From Pseudomonadota bacterium (GTDB lineage: Bacteria > Bdellovibrionota > Bdellovibrionia > Bdellovibrionales > SG-bin7): DNA of 64,000 bases. The DNA is taken from positions 128,001 to 192,000 of the forward strand of contig JAWXAY010000029.1 of the NCBI GenBank assembly GCA_034439715.1, read 5' to 3'. This document shows, one piece after another, positions 19,530-29,306 of this stretch. The notes under the pieces are model-generated. The model ran no database searches and was not told the origin of the DNA. It saw only the letters and a list, made by a program, of their open reading frames with translations. Both the position numbers and the translations under genes were made by a program. The stretch's first letter is position 1; each line of letters begins with the position of its first letter.

Positions 19530-20183
19530 ATGAAGAAAATCGCCATAGTGTTGTCAGGTTCGGGCCATCAAGACGGCACTGAGATTACCGAAGCCGTCTC
19601 TACAATTATTACTTTAAGTCAGCTGGGAGCAGAAATTTATTTCTTCGCACCTAATATTGATCTCGAAGAGGTCAATCATCTCACTGGTAAAAAAACAGGT
19701 CTTAAAAAAAATCTGATGCAAGAGGCCGCCCGCATTGCGCGTGGCCATGTAAAAGATATTAGAGACCTCAGTGCTAAAGATTTTGACGGCATGGTTTTTC
19801 CCGGCGGAATGGGGGCTGCTCTAAACCTTTCAACATTTGGAGAAAAGGGCGCCCAGGGCCAAGTGGAGCCTCAGGTCAAACGCGTGATTGAAGAATTTCA
19901 CCGTGAGTCTTTACCCATTGCAGCTGTCTGTATTGCCCCCACCTTGTTGGCGCTAGTTCTAGGAAAACATCACGTTTCGATTACAATAGGCTCAGACCAA
20001 GAGACTGCCCAAGAACTTGAAAAAACCGGAGCTAAACATGTAAATTGTTCAGTGGATGATTTTGTTACTGATCGCGAAAACAAATTGGTTTCAACGCCTG
20101 CATATATGTTCGGTGAAAGTAAACCGAATGAGGTTTTTAAAGGCATCAGTGGTTGTATGAAAGAATTTTTTGAAATGGCCTAG
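19530..20183 (+). CDS. elbB: glyoxalase ElbB (DJ-1/PfpI family)
   Basis: LSGSG..DGTEITEAV, ARIARG, PGGMGAA.NLS, CIAP, STPAYM. Confidence 0.92.
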   Translation: MKKIAIVLSGSGHQDGTEITEAVSTIITLSQLGAEIYFFAPNIDLEEVNHLTGKKTGLKKNLMQEAARIARGHVKDIRDLSAKDFDGMVFPGGMGAALNLSTFGEKGAQGQVEPQVKRVIEEFHRESLPIAAVCIAPTLLALVLGKHHVSITIGSDQETAQELEKTGAKHVNCSVDDFVTDRENKLVSTPAYMFGESKPNEVFKGISGCMKEFFEMA

Positions 20184-20512
20184 TTATTTGAGGCAAATAC
20201 TCTAAAAGTCGCACGGCAGTCTTGTTTTACCCAAACATATTTTGCGCTGTAGCCCCAACTTACATCTTCTTTGCATTTTTCGTCTGAGATTTCAAAATCA
20301 AGGTCGGCCCGTTTAATCATACGATCTATATAACATTCCAAGTATTGACTCTCATGACTTTCGCAAAAAACGACCTGACCGTTAGATGCCAAGCGCTTTG
20401 ACGCAGAGTGGCTTATGTGTCCAACTGTGCTGATTGCCATAACCACAATAACTAAACTAACAAATTTGTAACTCACGAATAGATGAATAGCTTGGGAAGT
20501 ATCAGAAATCAA
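20180..20512 (-). CDS. DUF3011-like exported protein
   Basis: CES..C...ISD..C...SWGY....VWV...CRATF pattern. Confidence 0.65.
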   Translation of the reverse strand: MISDTSQAIHLFVSYKFVSLVIVVMAISTVGHISHSASKRLASNGQVVFCESHESQYLECYIDRMIKRADLDFEISDEKCKEDVSWGYSAKYVWVKQDCRATFRVFASNN

Positions 20513-21198
20513 ACCATATTTAACATGTGTTTATAAACTTCCCGCTCTGGGATAAAACAAACACCCGTTCCGAAGCGATCATCTGTCTCGCCCTCTTGAG
20601 AAATCCAGACGACCTTGGCATGCACCGATCGGACTTTTTTTAAATCACTTAGCTGAACATCCACCCTGACTAAATCGCCTACTGCAAAGCCCGGTGAATC
20701 AGCACACTGCAGATAAGCTCCCGTACGCGAAACATTAAGCATTCTCGAACTCGTTTTGCCCTCTGAACCAAAGGACTCGATTTGGGTGGGAGCATCGGTA
20801 TGGTAGCGCTCATGATGCCTTTGTGAAACAGATTGCTCTAGAATGTATTTTTGAATGACTCCAATTAAATCATTTCTTCGAACTGGTTTTTGTATAACGG
20901 TTGATTTGGTAACCTTCTCAGTTTTCTTGAGAAGCGAGTTTTCAAGCGTAGGCGCCAAAACCACAATGGCGCTGGTGTTACCCAAAGTTCTTAGGTCCTT
21001 GGCCATTTGTAGTCTTTGCTGTGTCACTGTATCAAAGTTTAGGATAATTACCGACACCGAATTCAAAACTAAGTACTTCATCATATCGGATTCGGTTAAT
21101 ACGGTTTCTACAGTGACCTCTTGAATGCTATCAATAAGCTTCTGCTTAATGAGCTCAGATTCCTGCACGGCTGTACTAAAGATAAGGATTTTGTTCAT
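20509..21198 (-). CDS. pseudo-receiver + PilZ domain protein
   Basis: RHHER and NVSRTG PilZ motifs; receiver-like N-terminus with QKP. Confidence 0.82.
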   Translation of the reverse strand: MNKILIFSTAVQESELIKQKLIDSIQEVTVETVLTESDMMKYLVLNSVSVIILNFDTVTQQRLQMAKDLRTLGNTSAIVVLAPTLENSLLKKTEKVTKSTVIQKPVRRNDLIGVIQKYILEQSVSQRHHERYHTDAPTQIESFGSEGKTSSRMLNVSRTGAYLQCADSPGFAVGDLVRVDVQLSDLKKVRSVHAKVVWISQEGETDDRFGTGVCFIPEREVYKHMLNMV

Positions 21199-21204
21199 AC
21201 TTAC

Positions 21205-21231
21205 TTATCGGACTTTTTTCTATTTCATTGA
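21205..21231 (-). promoter_or_regulatory. sigma28/FliA-type promoter
   Basis: TCAA-N15-TCCGATAA ending 6 nt before ATG 21198. Confidence 0.55.
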
Positions 21232-21320
21232 GAAAAAGGGCCAAAAGTCAGAAGATATAGTGACCTATAAAACCTCTGTATAAATGATCGACGAAATTTT
21301 TTGAATTACTCGAATACGAG

Positions 21321-22247
21321 CTAGATGTCCCGTGCCAACTTGATCACTCGGTCTTTGACCTCAATCGCCAACACCGTAAAATCCCGTGGCATATCTGTCT
21401 CATTTAGATACTTTTTGATCTGAAAAACCACCTCATTACGAACCTCATGCACATCCTTAGAAATAACATTTAGCACGGTTCGATAAAGCCGCTCTTCTCC
21501 GAATGGCTCTCCGTCTTTTTGTATTTCCAAAAATCCCTTAGAACAAACGATTAGTCGGTCGCGGGGGTTAAGCTGAATTTTCTTTGTCTGAGGTCCGGTG
21601 GTGTTTTTATTAGAAAAGGCCTCGCAGGTTTTACCAAGTCTATTTAGTTTGTTTCCTAAATAGTCATAGTGAAGAACCAAAATGTCACCCGCAACGACAT
21701 ACCCAAGCTCATGCGTGCTGCGTTCGACTTGTCCATAAAAAATATGACAGTTATTTTCACCCGTGAGAGTTTCCTTGAGCTGCTCACTTATTGTTTTCAT
21801 AACTTCGCTGGGATCCGAGCCCTTCCTGGCCTTCATCGACCCTGATAGCCTAAGCAAAAGTGAAAGTAAAAGGGCTGAGGATCCGTAACCCGAAGCACTT
21901 GATAATATCACTCCAAAGCGGGATTTACTTTCGTGCTCGAAAACATCAAAATAATCTCCTCCAGAAATTCGGCTTGGGACAAACTTAAAACTAAACTCAA
22001 ACCCCGGAATATGAGGAAATTCTGTGGGAACCATTTGTTTTTGGATTACTTGTAGGATTTTTATCTGGTCTTCCATATGGCCGGTCAAACTTCGTAGGGT
22101 TGCAGCAGCCTCTTCGAATCTTGATTTATATAACTTAAGATCAGAGTCCTTGACCAATAGCTCCTTCTCTAGGGCTAGAATTTGCTCTTTTAGAGCCTCT
22201 GATTCGACTTTATTCATTAAAAAATTGTCGAGCTCTTGCCGTCTCAT
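21321..22247 (-). CDS. SpoIIE/PP2C-family protein with N-terminal coiled coil (degenerate)
   Basis: IQKQMVP, SGGDYFD, PFGEERL, RDFT; start uncertain (22247, 22217 or further upstream). Confidence 0.8.
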   Translation of the reverse strand: MRRQELDNFLMNKVESEALKEQILALEKELLVKDSDLKLYKSRFEEAAATLRSLTGHMEDQIKILQVIQKQMVPTEFPHIPGFEFSFKFVPSRISGGDYFDVFEHESKSRFGVILSSASGYGSSALLLSLLLRLSGSMKARKGSDPSEVMKTISEQLKETLTGENNCHIFYGQVERSTHELGYVVAGDILVLHYDYLGNKLNRLGKTCEAFSNKNTTGPQTKKIQLNPRDRLIVCSKGFLEIQKDGEPFGEERLYRTVLNVISKDVHEVRNEVVFQIKKYLNETDMPRDFTVLAIEVKDRVIKLARDI

Positions 22248-22271
22248 TGTCAAGCCAGTTACCATTAATAT

Positions 22272-23105
22272 ATGGCGATAAATCTTAAAGTCGAAGATGA
22301 CATGCAAATCGTGGTTTTTTCTGGACCACTTGCCGAGTTCGAAGCTCAGGCATTAAGGCTAAAGCTCGATCAAAAAATTACCCAGGGCCGCACCAAACTT
22401 CTACTCAACATCGCTCTTTTGGACATGAAGCCTGAGGCCATAAATAGTATTCTCAGTTTTGTCGACTATGCAGAACAGTTGAAAGTATCAGTCGCAATTG
22501 CTGGGCTTACCCCTGAAACTTGGAATCTCGTCAACTCCACTTCCGGCCGACGAATTCACAAGTTTTATACTTCCGAAGAAGCGATTAGCCATTTAACCAA
22601 GACGAACTCTAGTTACTCAGTTGCTCATTCTAATCCGGCCCTGAAAAACCTCTCCACTGAAGCGCTCGAGCTTCTAGAACAATATGAAGCCAAACGCCAG
22701 AAAAAAAACTATGACCCCTTTCGTTTAAATCGGTTGCGAGAAACCTATAAAACTAGCCCCAACAAATCTCATATTAAGCAATTAGAAAATGCGGTGGCAG
22801 AATGTGCTAAGTCGCGATCGGAGAACGGTGCCCTCGAAAAAGATCTCACCCAGCTTTCACAAGAAATGCTACGCCTTACTGAGCTACGGCGCAGCCCAGT
22901 TCACTATGATGAAATAGAGCTACATACTAAGAATCTAAATAAATTGTTCACTGTTGTTAAAAAGGACATTCAAGAAATCAAAAATCAGATCCTAACCACT
23001 ACTATTATTTCGACCAATTATAGTAATCAGGTAAAACTGGTAGCCCAAGAATATCTAAAGTCAATTGCCGAGTTAGAAAATAAATTATCTGCCCTTAAGA
23101 ACTAA
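22272..23105 (+). CDS. STAS-like domain + coiled-coil protein
   Basis: IVVFSGPL, KLLLNI, FYTSEEAI STAS-like pattern; heptad-rich C-terminus. Confidence 0.6.
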   Translation: MAINLKVEDDMQIVVFSGPLAEFEAQALRLKLDQKITQGRTKLLLNIALLDMKPEAINSILSFVDYAEQLKVSVAIAGLTPETWNLVNSTSGRRIHKFYTSEEAISHLTKTNSSYSVAHSNPALKNLSTEALELLEQYEAKRQKKNYDPFRLNRLRETYKTSPNKSHIKQLENAVAECAKSRSENGALEKDLTQLSQEMLRLTELRRSPVHYDEIELHTKNLNKLFTVVKKDIQEIKNQILTTTIISTNYSNQVKLVAQEYLKSIAELENKLSALKN

Positions 23106-23108
23106 ATG

Positions 23109-23729
23109 CTAACTGTCTTTTCCAGAACCAAACTGAAAAAATCGGGACAAGTCAAATTTGGCTTGACGATAAAAAGGCTGGTTTTTTAAATAAACCTTTA
23201 ACACTCTTAGATAGAGCACGAATACTTCTTCAATAGATTTTCGTTCAAACGCATCCACTCCTAATTTTCTGTCTCGAGCAATTTGAGCATTAATTTTTGA
23301 TAAAATTTCTTCGGCAGTTAGTATTTTCTTGTCAACCACGTCGACAAAAAAAGCTTTTCCCTTATCCACAAACTTCAAAAGGCTTAAGCTCTTTGTTGAA
23401 ACAATATCCAATTTAACGTCTACTTCTTCACACATCTGTTTAAAAAGAATTGAAACCGTGACCGCGCTGCCGCGCTTCTTATTAACGACACTTTCGATCA
23501 ACACGTCAGAAACATCTCGGACTCTTTCCATCGAGTGAGCTTTGATCTCTTTGTGTTCAAACATAAACCAAATTGATTTTTTTAAGCGCTCGAGCTTATC
23601 TTCATAAGAAAGCGCCGCCGTTTTTAGTTCATACGTCATAAAATTAAGCTGCCGCTTAAGAGCGTCTTTTTGACACTTTGGATTTATGAACTCATTCACG
23701 CGTACTAAAAAATCTGTCATTCCCGTCAT
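23109..23729 (-). CDS. SirB1/transglutaminase-like protein (degenerate)
   Basis: LIESVVNKKRGSAVTVSILF resembles SirB1 L..VL..R.G.PI.LS; FFVD. Confidence 0.6.
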   Translation of the reverse strand: MTGMTDFLVRVNEFINPKCQKDALKRQLNFMTYELKTAALSYEDKLERLKKSIWFMFEHKEIKAHSMERVRDVSDVLIESVVNKKRGSAVTVSILFKQMCEEVDVKLDIVSTKSLSLLKFVDKGKAFFVDVVDKKILTAEEILSKINAQIARDRKLGVDAFERKSIEEVFVLYLRVLKVYLKNQPFYRQAKFDLSRFFQFGSGKDS

Positions 23730-24364
23730 ACCTTTTCACACCCTACACCATTTTGTTTAAAATGTGAAAGGTACATGTCGTACCGCACCGACTTACCCTT
23801 AAATGAGTGGTTCATTAGCTCTGCCAGTGGCTTACCTTTTGGCGGCCTTTTTACGACGACGCGGCCCTTTGAACATTTAATAGACAAAGCTAACAGATTT
23901 GTACTCCCTAAGTCTTCACCCACGATATCTTTTAAGATAATCATTTCCTTTTTCGGAAGTGCGGATTTTGTTCTGTGAGGATACATCGGATCTAAATACA
24001 CGACATCTGGAAATTCCTGCTCTGGAAGATTTTTTAAAATCTCGCTGGCATCACCCAGCACTAATTTAAATCGCAAAAATAAGGGACCTAATTTTTCATC
24101 GCTTTTTGCTCTCTGAACCGCATCACTTAACAACTCAAAAATAACTGGGGATCTTTCTATGGCCATAACTTCACATCCAAGACCTAAGAAAAATAAAGAG
24201 TCTCGGCCCAGGCCGGCCGTAGCATCGATAATTTTAAGTGCCCTGCCTTTAAAGCCAATAGCTTTAGCCAATAGCTGTGTTTTCGAAAATGCATTTTGTT
24301 TTTTTAATTTTTTATAAAGCGAAACAAAATCGATAGAAATATCGCTCTCGTCTTTTTTTTGCAT
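23726..24364 (-). CDS. rsmJ: 16S rRNA m2G1516 methyltransferase RsmJ-like
   Basis: DATAGLGRD, ERSP, VVYLDPMYP, SALPKKEM, RVVVKRP. Confidence 0.9.
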   Translation of the reverse strand: MQKKDESDISIDFVSLYKKLKKQNAFSKTQLLAKAIGFKGRALKIIDATAGLGRDSLFFLGLGCEVMAIERSPVIFELLSDAVQRAKSDEKLGPLFLRFKLVLGDASEILKNLPEQEFPDVVYLDPMYPHRTKSALPKKEMIILKDIVGEDLGSTNLLALSIKCSKGRVVVKRPPKGKPLAELMNHSFKGKSVRYDMYLSHFKQNGVGCEKV

Positions 24365-25410
24365 TAAAAAATAACACTTAAGGCAAATAGTAAAGTTATT
24401 GAAAAATGAATTCGATAACGGTTGGTAAGGAGTTCGTTTAGATGAGATGAAACATTAGATTTTGCCCAAATTATTTTAAAATACACCCACTTAATTAACA
24501 ACACTCCTAACAGCCAAAAAACAAATGAGGTGGGCCCCTTGTCAATCTGAAATAATATCATCCACCAACTCAAAGCTATTCCCAACAAAATCAAACAAGC
24601 TATAGGCTTTGCACGATCATAGCCAAATAGTGTAACAAGATTTTTGATCCCCGCCTGACAGTTATTCATTACTTCGCGCATATTATTAATATGAATAGTA
24701 AACGTCGCTAATAGGCCCGAAAAGACTCCCAAAATAATAATCTCATTCTTAATTGGAGATGAAACTGCTATGGCGTATCCCAGTACTAACAATGGACCTG
24801 CCAACAAAAATATCGTGAGCTCTCCTAGACCTAAATACTTTAAACCCATGCGATTGGACGAGAACTTAAGAACTCCAACAGCGGCCAGAAAAATTACTGG
24901 GAGTAAACTGCCAGGTGCCTTATAAATAACTACCAAGCCAATAAGCAAACCCATGAGTAATAGAGAAACTCCCCAGTTGTACAGGTCAATGGCTCGCATC
25001 CAACCTTTTTGAATAGCATGGATGGATTCCAGTCTATCAACACCCTTGAGATGGTCATAATAGTCATTTAGCAAATTCATTGAGGCATGTAACAAAAAGA
25101 CCGACACAAAACTCAGAACCGCCAAATACTCAATAACGGCCACCCCTGTTACATTAAGCAACACAAGTGCAGACAGCACCGGTCCCAATGAAAGACAAAT
25201 AGATGAGAGTCGCAAAGTCTCCCACCACAACAAGATTGTGCGTGGACGCTTTACGTTTTGAACGGGTACAATCTTAAAGGTAACATATTCTTTTTTAGAG
25301 TTCACATTCAAAGATTTCGTCGGAATGGCTCTGTGAGAAGTAGAAAATGTTCCCTCCAAGTGAGAGAGGAAGCGGTTGTCGGCTCTATCTAACGAAATGA
25401 GTTGATCCAT
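24364..25410 (-). CDS. UbiA/MenA-family prenyltransferase (second paralog)
   Basis: NLLNDYYDHLKGVD, KYLGLGE, many TMs. Confidence 0.82.
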   Translation of the reverse strand: MDQLISLDRADNRFLSHLEGTFSTSHRAIPTKSLNVNSKKEYVTFKIVPVQNVKRPRTILLWWETLRLSSICLSLGPVLSALVLLNVTGVAVIEYLAVLSFVSVFLLHASMNLLNDYYDHLKGVDRLESIHAIQKGWMRAIDLYNWGVSLLLMGLLIGLVVIYKAPGSLLPVIFLAAVGVLKFSSNRMGLKYLGLGELTIFLLAGPLLVLGYAIAVSSPIKNEIIILGVFSGLLATFTIHINNMREVMNNCQAGIKNLVTLFGYDRAKPIACLILLGIALSWWMILFQIDKGPTSFVFWLLGVLLIKWVYFKIIWAKSNVSSHLNELLTNRYRIHFSITLLFALSVIF

Positions 25411-25430
25411 TAATTTTTTTCCATATTATT

Positions 25431-26372
25431 TTAAGTCCTTCGCCAATAAAGCTTTTGAGAGACTGTTCTTAGTTCCTTTATTAAGCCCAATTGAGATTCA
25501 CTTAAAAACCCCTCAAGGCGGTGTAAATGATGATCAAACAGTTCAATAAGGGCGGTATTGATATTATCAAAATCTTCGACCGCACTAAAAAAATACTTCT
25601 CTCCTAATAGACTGTAGACTTCGGGCATCGATTGACATTTCATAAATTCAACACGCTTGGGCTCAGAAAAATCCTTCATGAGAAACGCAGCAAAAGAATT
25701 TAAATAGCCGGATTTTAAGTCACCCAAAACAGCCTTCTTCTCTTCATTACGAATATTAAAATCTAGGAGGTCATCACTTCTCTGAAAAATCTGGCCCAGG
25801 ATTGTGCCCATTTCTTCAAGGTGATGGTGCAGATTTATGTCATAATTTTCGTTGCAATAGAACGGGGCCCGCAACGACCATTTAAATAACGATGCCGTTT
25901 TTAGATTATGTACCCGATCCAAGGCTTCGAGTTCGACATTGTGATCTTTAATTAAAGAGTCCTGTATCCACTCACCTTCCAGCAAATCAGAGATAACTTC
26001 ACTAGTATATTGGACAAGGCGGATATTGCCGTTCTTAGATAAGTTTACCATCACTCTCGCCAGCAGATAATCTCCAGCAAGTACGGCGTACTCAGGTGTG
26101 TATTTAAGCCAAGCTGTGGTTTTATTACGACGTAGATGTGAGCGATCAATTAAATCATCATGTAAAAGCGAGGCGTTATGAATGAATTCGATAGTTTGTG
26201 CCAAAAGTAAAACCTGTTTTTCGCTGAGCGGAAGATACTTCGTGGTAAGTCGGATAAGGCGAGAACGCAAACCTTTGCCGCCAGAAAACAAATCATCATA
26301 GATAGAGCTAAGTTTTGGCAAATAGGGCGGAAAGTCCTTTTCGCTGTATACTTTTAGATTTGTTAAATCCAT
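25431..26372 (-). CDS. polyprenyl diphosphate synthase
   Basis: GGKGLR, LLHDDLID..RR (FARM), KTA, FQRSDDLLD (SARM). Confidence 0.92.
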   Translation of the reverse strand: MDLTNLKVYSEKDFPPYLPKLSSIYDDLFSGGKGLRSRLIRLTTKYLPLSEKQVLLLAQTIEFIHNASLLHDDLIDRSHLRRNKTTAWLKYTPEYAVLAGDYLLARVMVNLSKNGNIRLVQYTSEVISDLLEGEWIQDSLIKDHNVELEALDRVHNLKTASLFKWSLRAPFYCNENYDINLHHHLEEMGTILGQIFQRSDDLLDFNIRNEEKKAVLGDLKSGYLNSFAAFLMKDFSEPKRVEFMKCQSMPEVYSLLGEKYFFSAVEDFDNINTALIELFDHHLHRLEGFLSESQLGLIKELRTVSQKLYWRRT

Positions 26373-27445
26373 TGTTTGCCAAGCTCCGAGCGATCTAACT
26401 GACTGACAATCGACACCCTTTTTATTCGTTCATAGGGCGCTGAAATTTCGTTATATTTTTCAACTAGCAGTCTGATCTCAGTATCTGTCCCACTAGTAAC
26501 CAACTCAATTTGGTGCCCTAGCCGCTCATCTAGTTTAGCAATAACTTCGGCATCTCCAGTAAACTCATTACCAAATATTATAGACTGCCATCGATCCCGG
26601 AGAATATTTAGGTAAACCCCTTCACCAGAAACTTTAACAAATTCGCCTAATCTGCCCAACGGCTTTAGATAAGGCAGATTAATTTCACCCAAATCTTCAG
26701 TGACAAACCAACCATCGACTTTTGGATCGATAAACGGAGGGCTTCCATCTAAAAGCGAAATATATCCAGTAAAGAGGGAGTCTCCCTTTAAACTTAAGGT
26801 TTTGTCGGGACCAACCTGCACTTGTAAATGGTCCAAAATCCTAAGCTTTGGGATTTCGGTTTTTTCGAGTGAACTTAGTTCAGCCGAAGCGATTTGCGAA
26901 CCACTCTCAGTCATTCCAAATGTGGGCAGCACGGGCCAACCTAGCTCACGGGCCGCAGTATATAGAGTTGGGCTTAAATTCGCGCCACCTACAAAAACTG
27001 CTCGCAAAGATTTTGGTGCAGGCATTTTTTTACTAACTAAATCAAAAATCTGAGTCGGCACAAGACTCGCAAGTGTTCCTTCCCAGGCTTGCGTCTCGAT
27101 AACAAATGTCTCAGGATCCCAACCACCATTGACCTTCAGACCACTAAATATATTGGCTCCCGATAAAAATGCTCTAGCACCTATACTGAGCCCCCCCACA
27201 TGAAAATCTGGTAGAGCTTGAATCCAAACATCATTGGCATTGCTATTTATGTGAGAATTTACCGCTTGAGCAGAACTCAATAGGGCAAATTTTGAGAGAC
27301 CTACAAGTTTAGCTTTTGCCGTCGTCCCAGAGGTCGGCACCCATATATGACCTGGCCACTGTCTAATATCGATATTTCTTGAGTCTGACCCCAATTTTGG
27401 ATTTTGCACTAAATGAGACTCTAAATTTTTCCAGTTAATTTTCAT
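26363..27445 (-). CDS. menE: O-succinylbenzoate-CoA ligase (short)
   Basis: TSGTT, FHVGG, SLVPTQ, FGMTE.GSQI, TEDLG; men context. Confidence 0.85.
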   Translation of the reverse strand: MKINWKNLESHLVQNPKLGSDSRNIDIRQWPGHIWVPTSGTTAKAKLVGLSKFALLSSAQAVNSHINSNANDVWIQALPDFHVGGLSIGARAFLSGANIFSGLKVNGGWDPETFVIETQAWEGTLASLVPTQIFDLVSKKMPAPKSLRAVFVGGANLSPTLYTAARELGWPVLPTFGMTESGSQIASAELSSLEKTEIPKLRILDHLQVQVGPDKTLSLKGDSLFTGYISLLDGSPPFIDPKVDGWFVTEDLGEINLPYLKPLGRLGEFVKVSGEGVYLNILRDRWQSIIFGNEFTGDAEVIAKLDERLGHQIELVTSGTDTEIRLLVEKYNEISAPYERIKRVSIVSQLDRSELGKQWI

Positions 27446-28421
27446 AAATAGGTATCCAACTTTCTTTTTCTAAAAGGTCGCCAAAACCAATTCCAATATC
27501 GGTTTGTGGTACTAACCAGGGGCCCCGAGAATTTATTCTTTCAAAATAAGGATTTTTTTCAAAAACACTATGACTAACAAGTCCATTATCAAGCCGTTTA
27601 AAATCTGCCGGACACAGAGCCGCGCTTAACGCTGCAAAGGACTGTCCAACAGGATGATCTAAGTAGGATGTGAAAAGGTATTTTATTTCTAAATTTTTAA
27701 TTTTGGGTAGAATCAAATCTGCGTTCTCTTTAGCCGGCTTAATGACGGCAACACTGTATCCTCGCTCTGAATCAAGGTGAGTATCGAGTTCTCTATCTAA
27801 AGCTAACGGGACAAGTTGTTCAGCCCTTAGCCAGTCAAATTCATTATAAATAAAGGGGTCTTCAACAAACTCAACTCTTTTTTGTATTTCGTTTGGTAGC
27901 GCTCGCCAAAACTCATGAAATACGCCTTGAGCTAGAGAGTTATTAAAATCAAACCGCAATCTTGTTTCACAAAGAGCAAATTCTGAAATTTTAATTAATG
28001 AGTCGAGTTCCAACTTCAAGTTGCGCCCCATCTTGAATTTAAAACTATCAAATCCACTTTCGACGGCTTGTTCAAAAACTTCGCGAGTAAAATGCTCAAA
28101 AGAAAGTACCAAAAAATGACTCTTGGGAATACTAAGTCCCTCAAACAATGATTTATTGCTTGTTCTGGCTTTGGCATCGAGTTGGGCATGGTAAATTGAC
28201 TGATGCATTTGTGAGGTGAATTGACCCTGGCGAAATAAACTAAGTTGCTGTTCAACTGGCAAATCGCCAAGCTCAATTGACGGGTGTAAATCAGAATAAC
28301 CAATCCCGCAGTTCATTTGTTCAATCCTAAGAAGTGCCCCACTCCTATTCAGTTCTCCACCCTTTGAATTCGGAAGGTGTTTTAGCTTCAATAGATAAGG
28401 GGAATACCAAAGTTTCGTCAC
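27435..28421 (-). CDS. menC: o-succinylbenzoate synthase
   Basis: FKFKMG, RFDFN, FVEDP, LALD, VIKP enolase-superfamily motifs; context. Confidence 0.85.
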   Translation of the reverse strand: MTKLWYSPYLLKLKHLPNSKGGELNRSGALLRIEQMNCGIGYSDLHPSIELGDLPVEQQLSLFRQGQFTSQMHQSIYHAQLDAKARTSNKSLFEGLSIPKSHFLVLSFEHFTREVFEQAVESGFDSFKFKMGRNLKLELDSLIKISEFALCETRLRFDFNNSLAQGVFHEFWRALPNEIQKRVEFVEDPFIYNEFDWLRAEQLVPLALDRELDTHLDSERGYSVAVIKPAKENADLILPKIKNLEIKYLFTSYLDHPVGQSFAALSAALCPADFKRLDNGLVSHSVFEKNPYFERINSRGPWLVPQTDIGIGFGDLLEKESWIPIYEN

Positions 28422-29290
28422 AGTACAAATCCCACGCTCAAAAATATTCCAAACAAAAGATGCAATTTTGCGGCTTGCCCAAGAAAATCATTAAATTTGG
28501 TGGACGGATCAGTTTTATAAACCTCTGCAATTAATTTGCATCCCATGGGCAGCAGAACCATTGGCAAAATGCCGGCAATCCAAAGGCCTTTTACTAACCA
28601 AAAAGCGTTGATAAAAAATGGCAACGACACCAATACCGCAATTTCTCTGCGAGCAAAGGTTTTGCCAAAGCGTACTGGAAGCGTTTTTTTGTGGGCTCTA
28701 GCATCACCGTCGATATCGCGCAGATTATTAATCGCAATTAAAACGCTGCAAAGTAATCCCACTTGTAAACCTGCAACAAATGCCGAAGCGCTAAACTTTC
28801 CAGCATGAAGAAAAAATGTACCGGCCACAGCTACGAGACCGAAAAAAACTATAACAAAAAAGTCTCCCAGTCCCAAATAAGCGAGGGGATAAGGCCCCGC
28901 GGTGTAGGCATAACCACACAACAATGAAGCAATACCAATAACTACTATTGTTAAACCACCCGACTGGATTAAAGGAATCCCAAATAGTACAGCGATAACA
29001 AAGCTAAAAACTCCCGCCCATAATACCGACTTGTATTCTATCAAGCCGGCCTGAGTGACGCGAGTTGGTCCCAATCGATCATGGGTGTCGGCACCTTTTT
29101 TAAAATCAAATGCGTCGTTCAGCAAGTTAGTGCCAACCTGAATAAAGAGTGCGGCAAATAGCGCACAGAATGTGAGAGTCCAACGAACCTCAAATGATGA
29201 AGTAAAAACCAAGGCTGAGCCCACAAGCACAGGCACCACGGCCGCCGTCAAAGTTTTCGGACGAATGGCGCTGATCCAAACGCTAATCAC
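28418..29290 (-). CDS. menA: DHNA polyprenyltransferase
   Basis: AIRPKTL, NDAFDFKKGADT..RLGP.R, NNLRDI..D...KKTL; GTG 29290 preferred. Confidence 0.93.
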   Translation of the reverse strand: MISVWISAIRPKTLTAAVVPVLVGSALVFTSSFEVRWTLTFCALFAALFIQVGTNLLNDAFDFKKGADTHDRLGPTRVTQAGLIEYKSVLWAGVFSFVIAVLFGIPLIQSGGLTIVVIGIASLLCGYAYTAGPYPLAYLGLGDFFVIVFFGLVAVAGTFFLHAGKFSASAFVAGLQVGLLCSVLIAINNLRDIDGDARAHKKTLPVRFGKTFARREIAVLVSLPFFINAFWLVKGLWIAGILPMVLLPMGCKLIAEVYKTDPSTKFNDFLGQAAKLHLLFGIFLSVGFVL

Positions 29291-29306
29291 TCTATCACCA
29301 CACACC

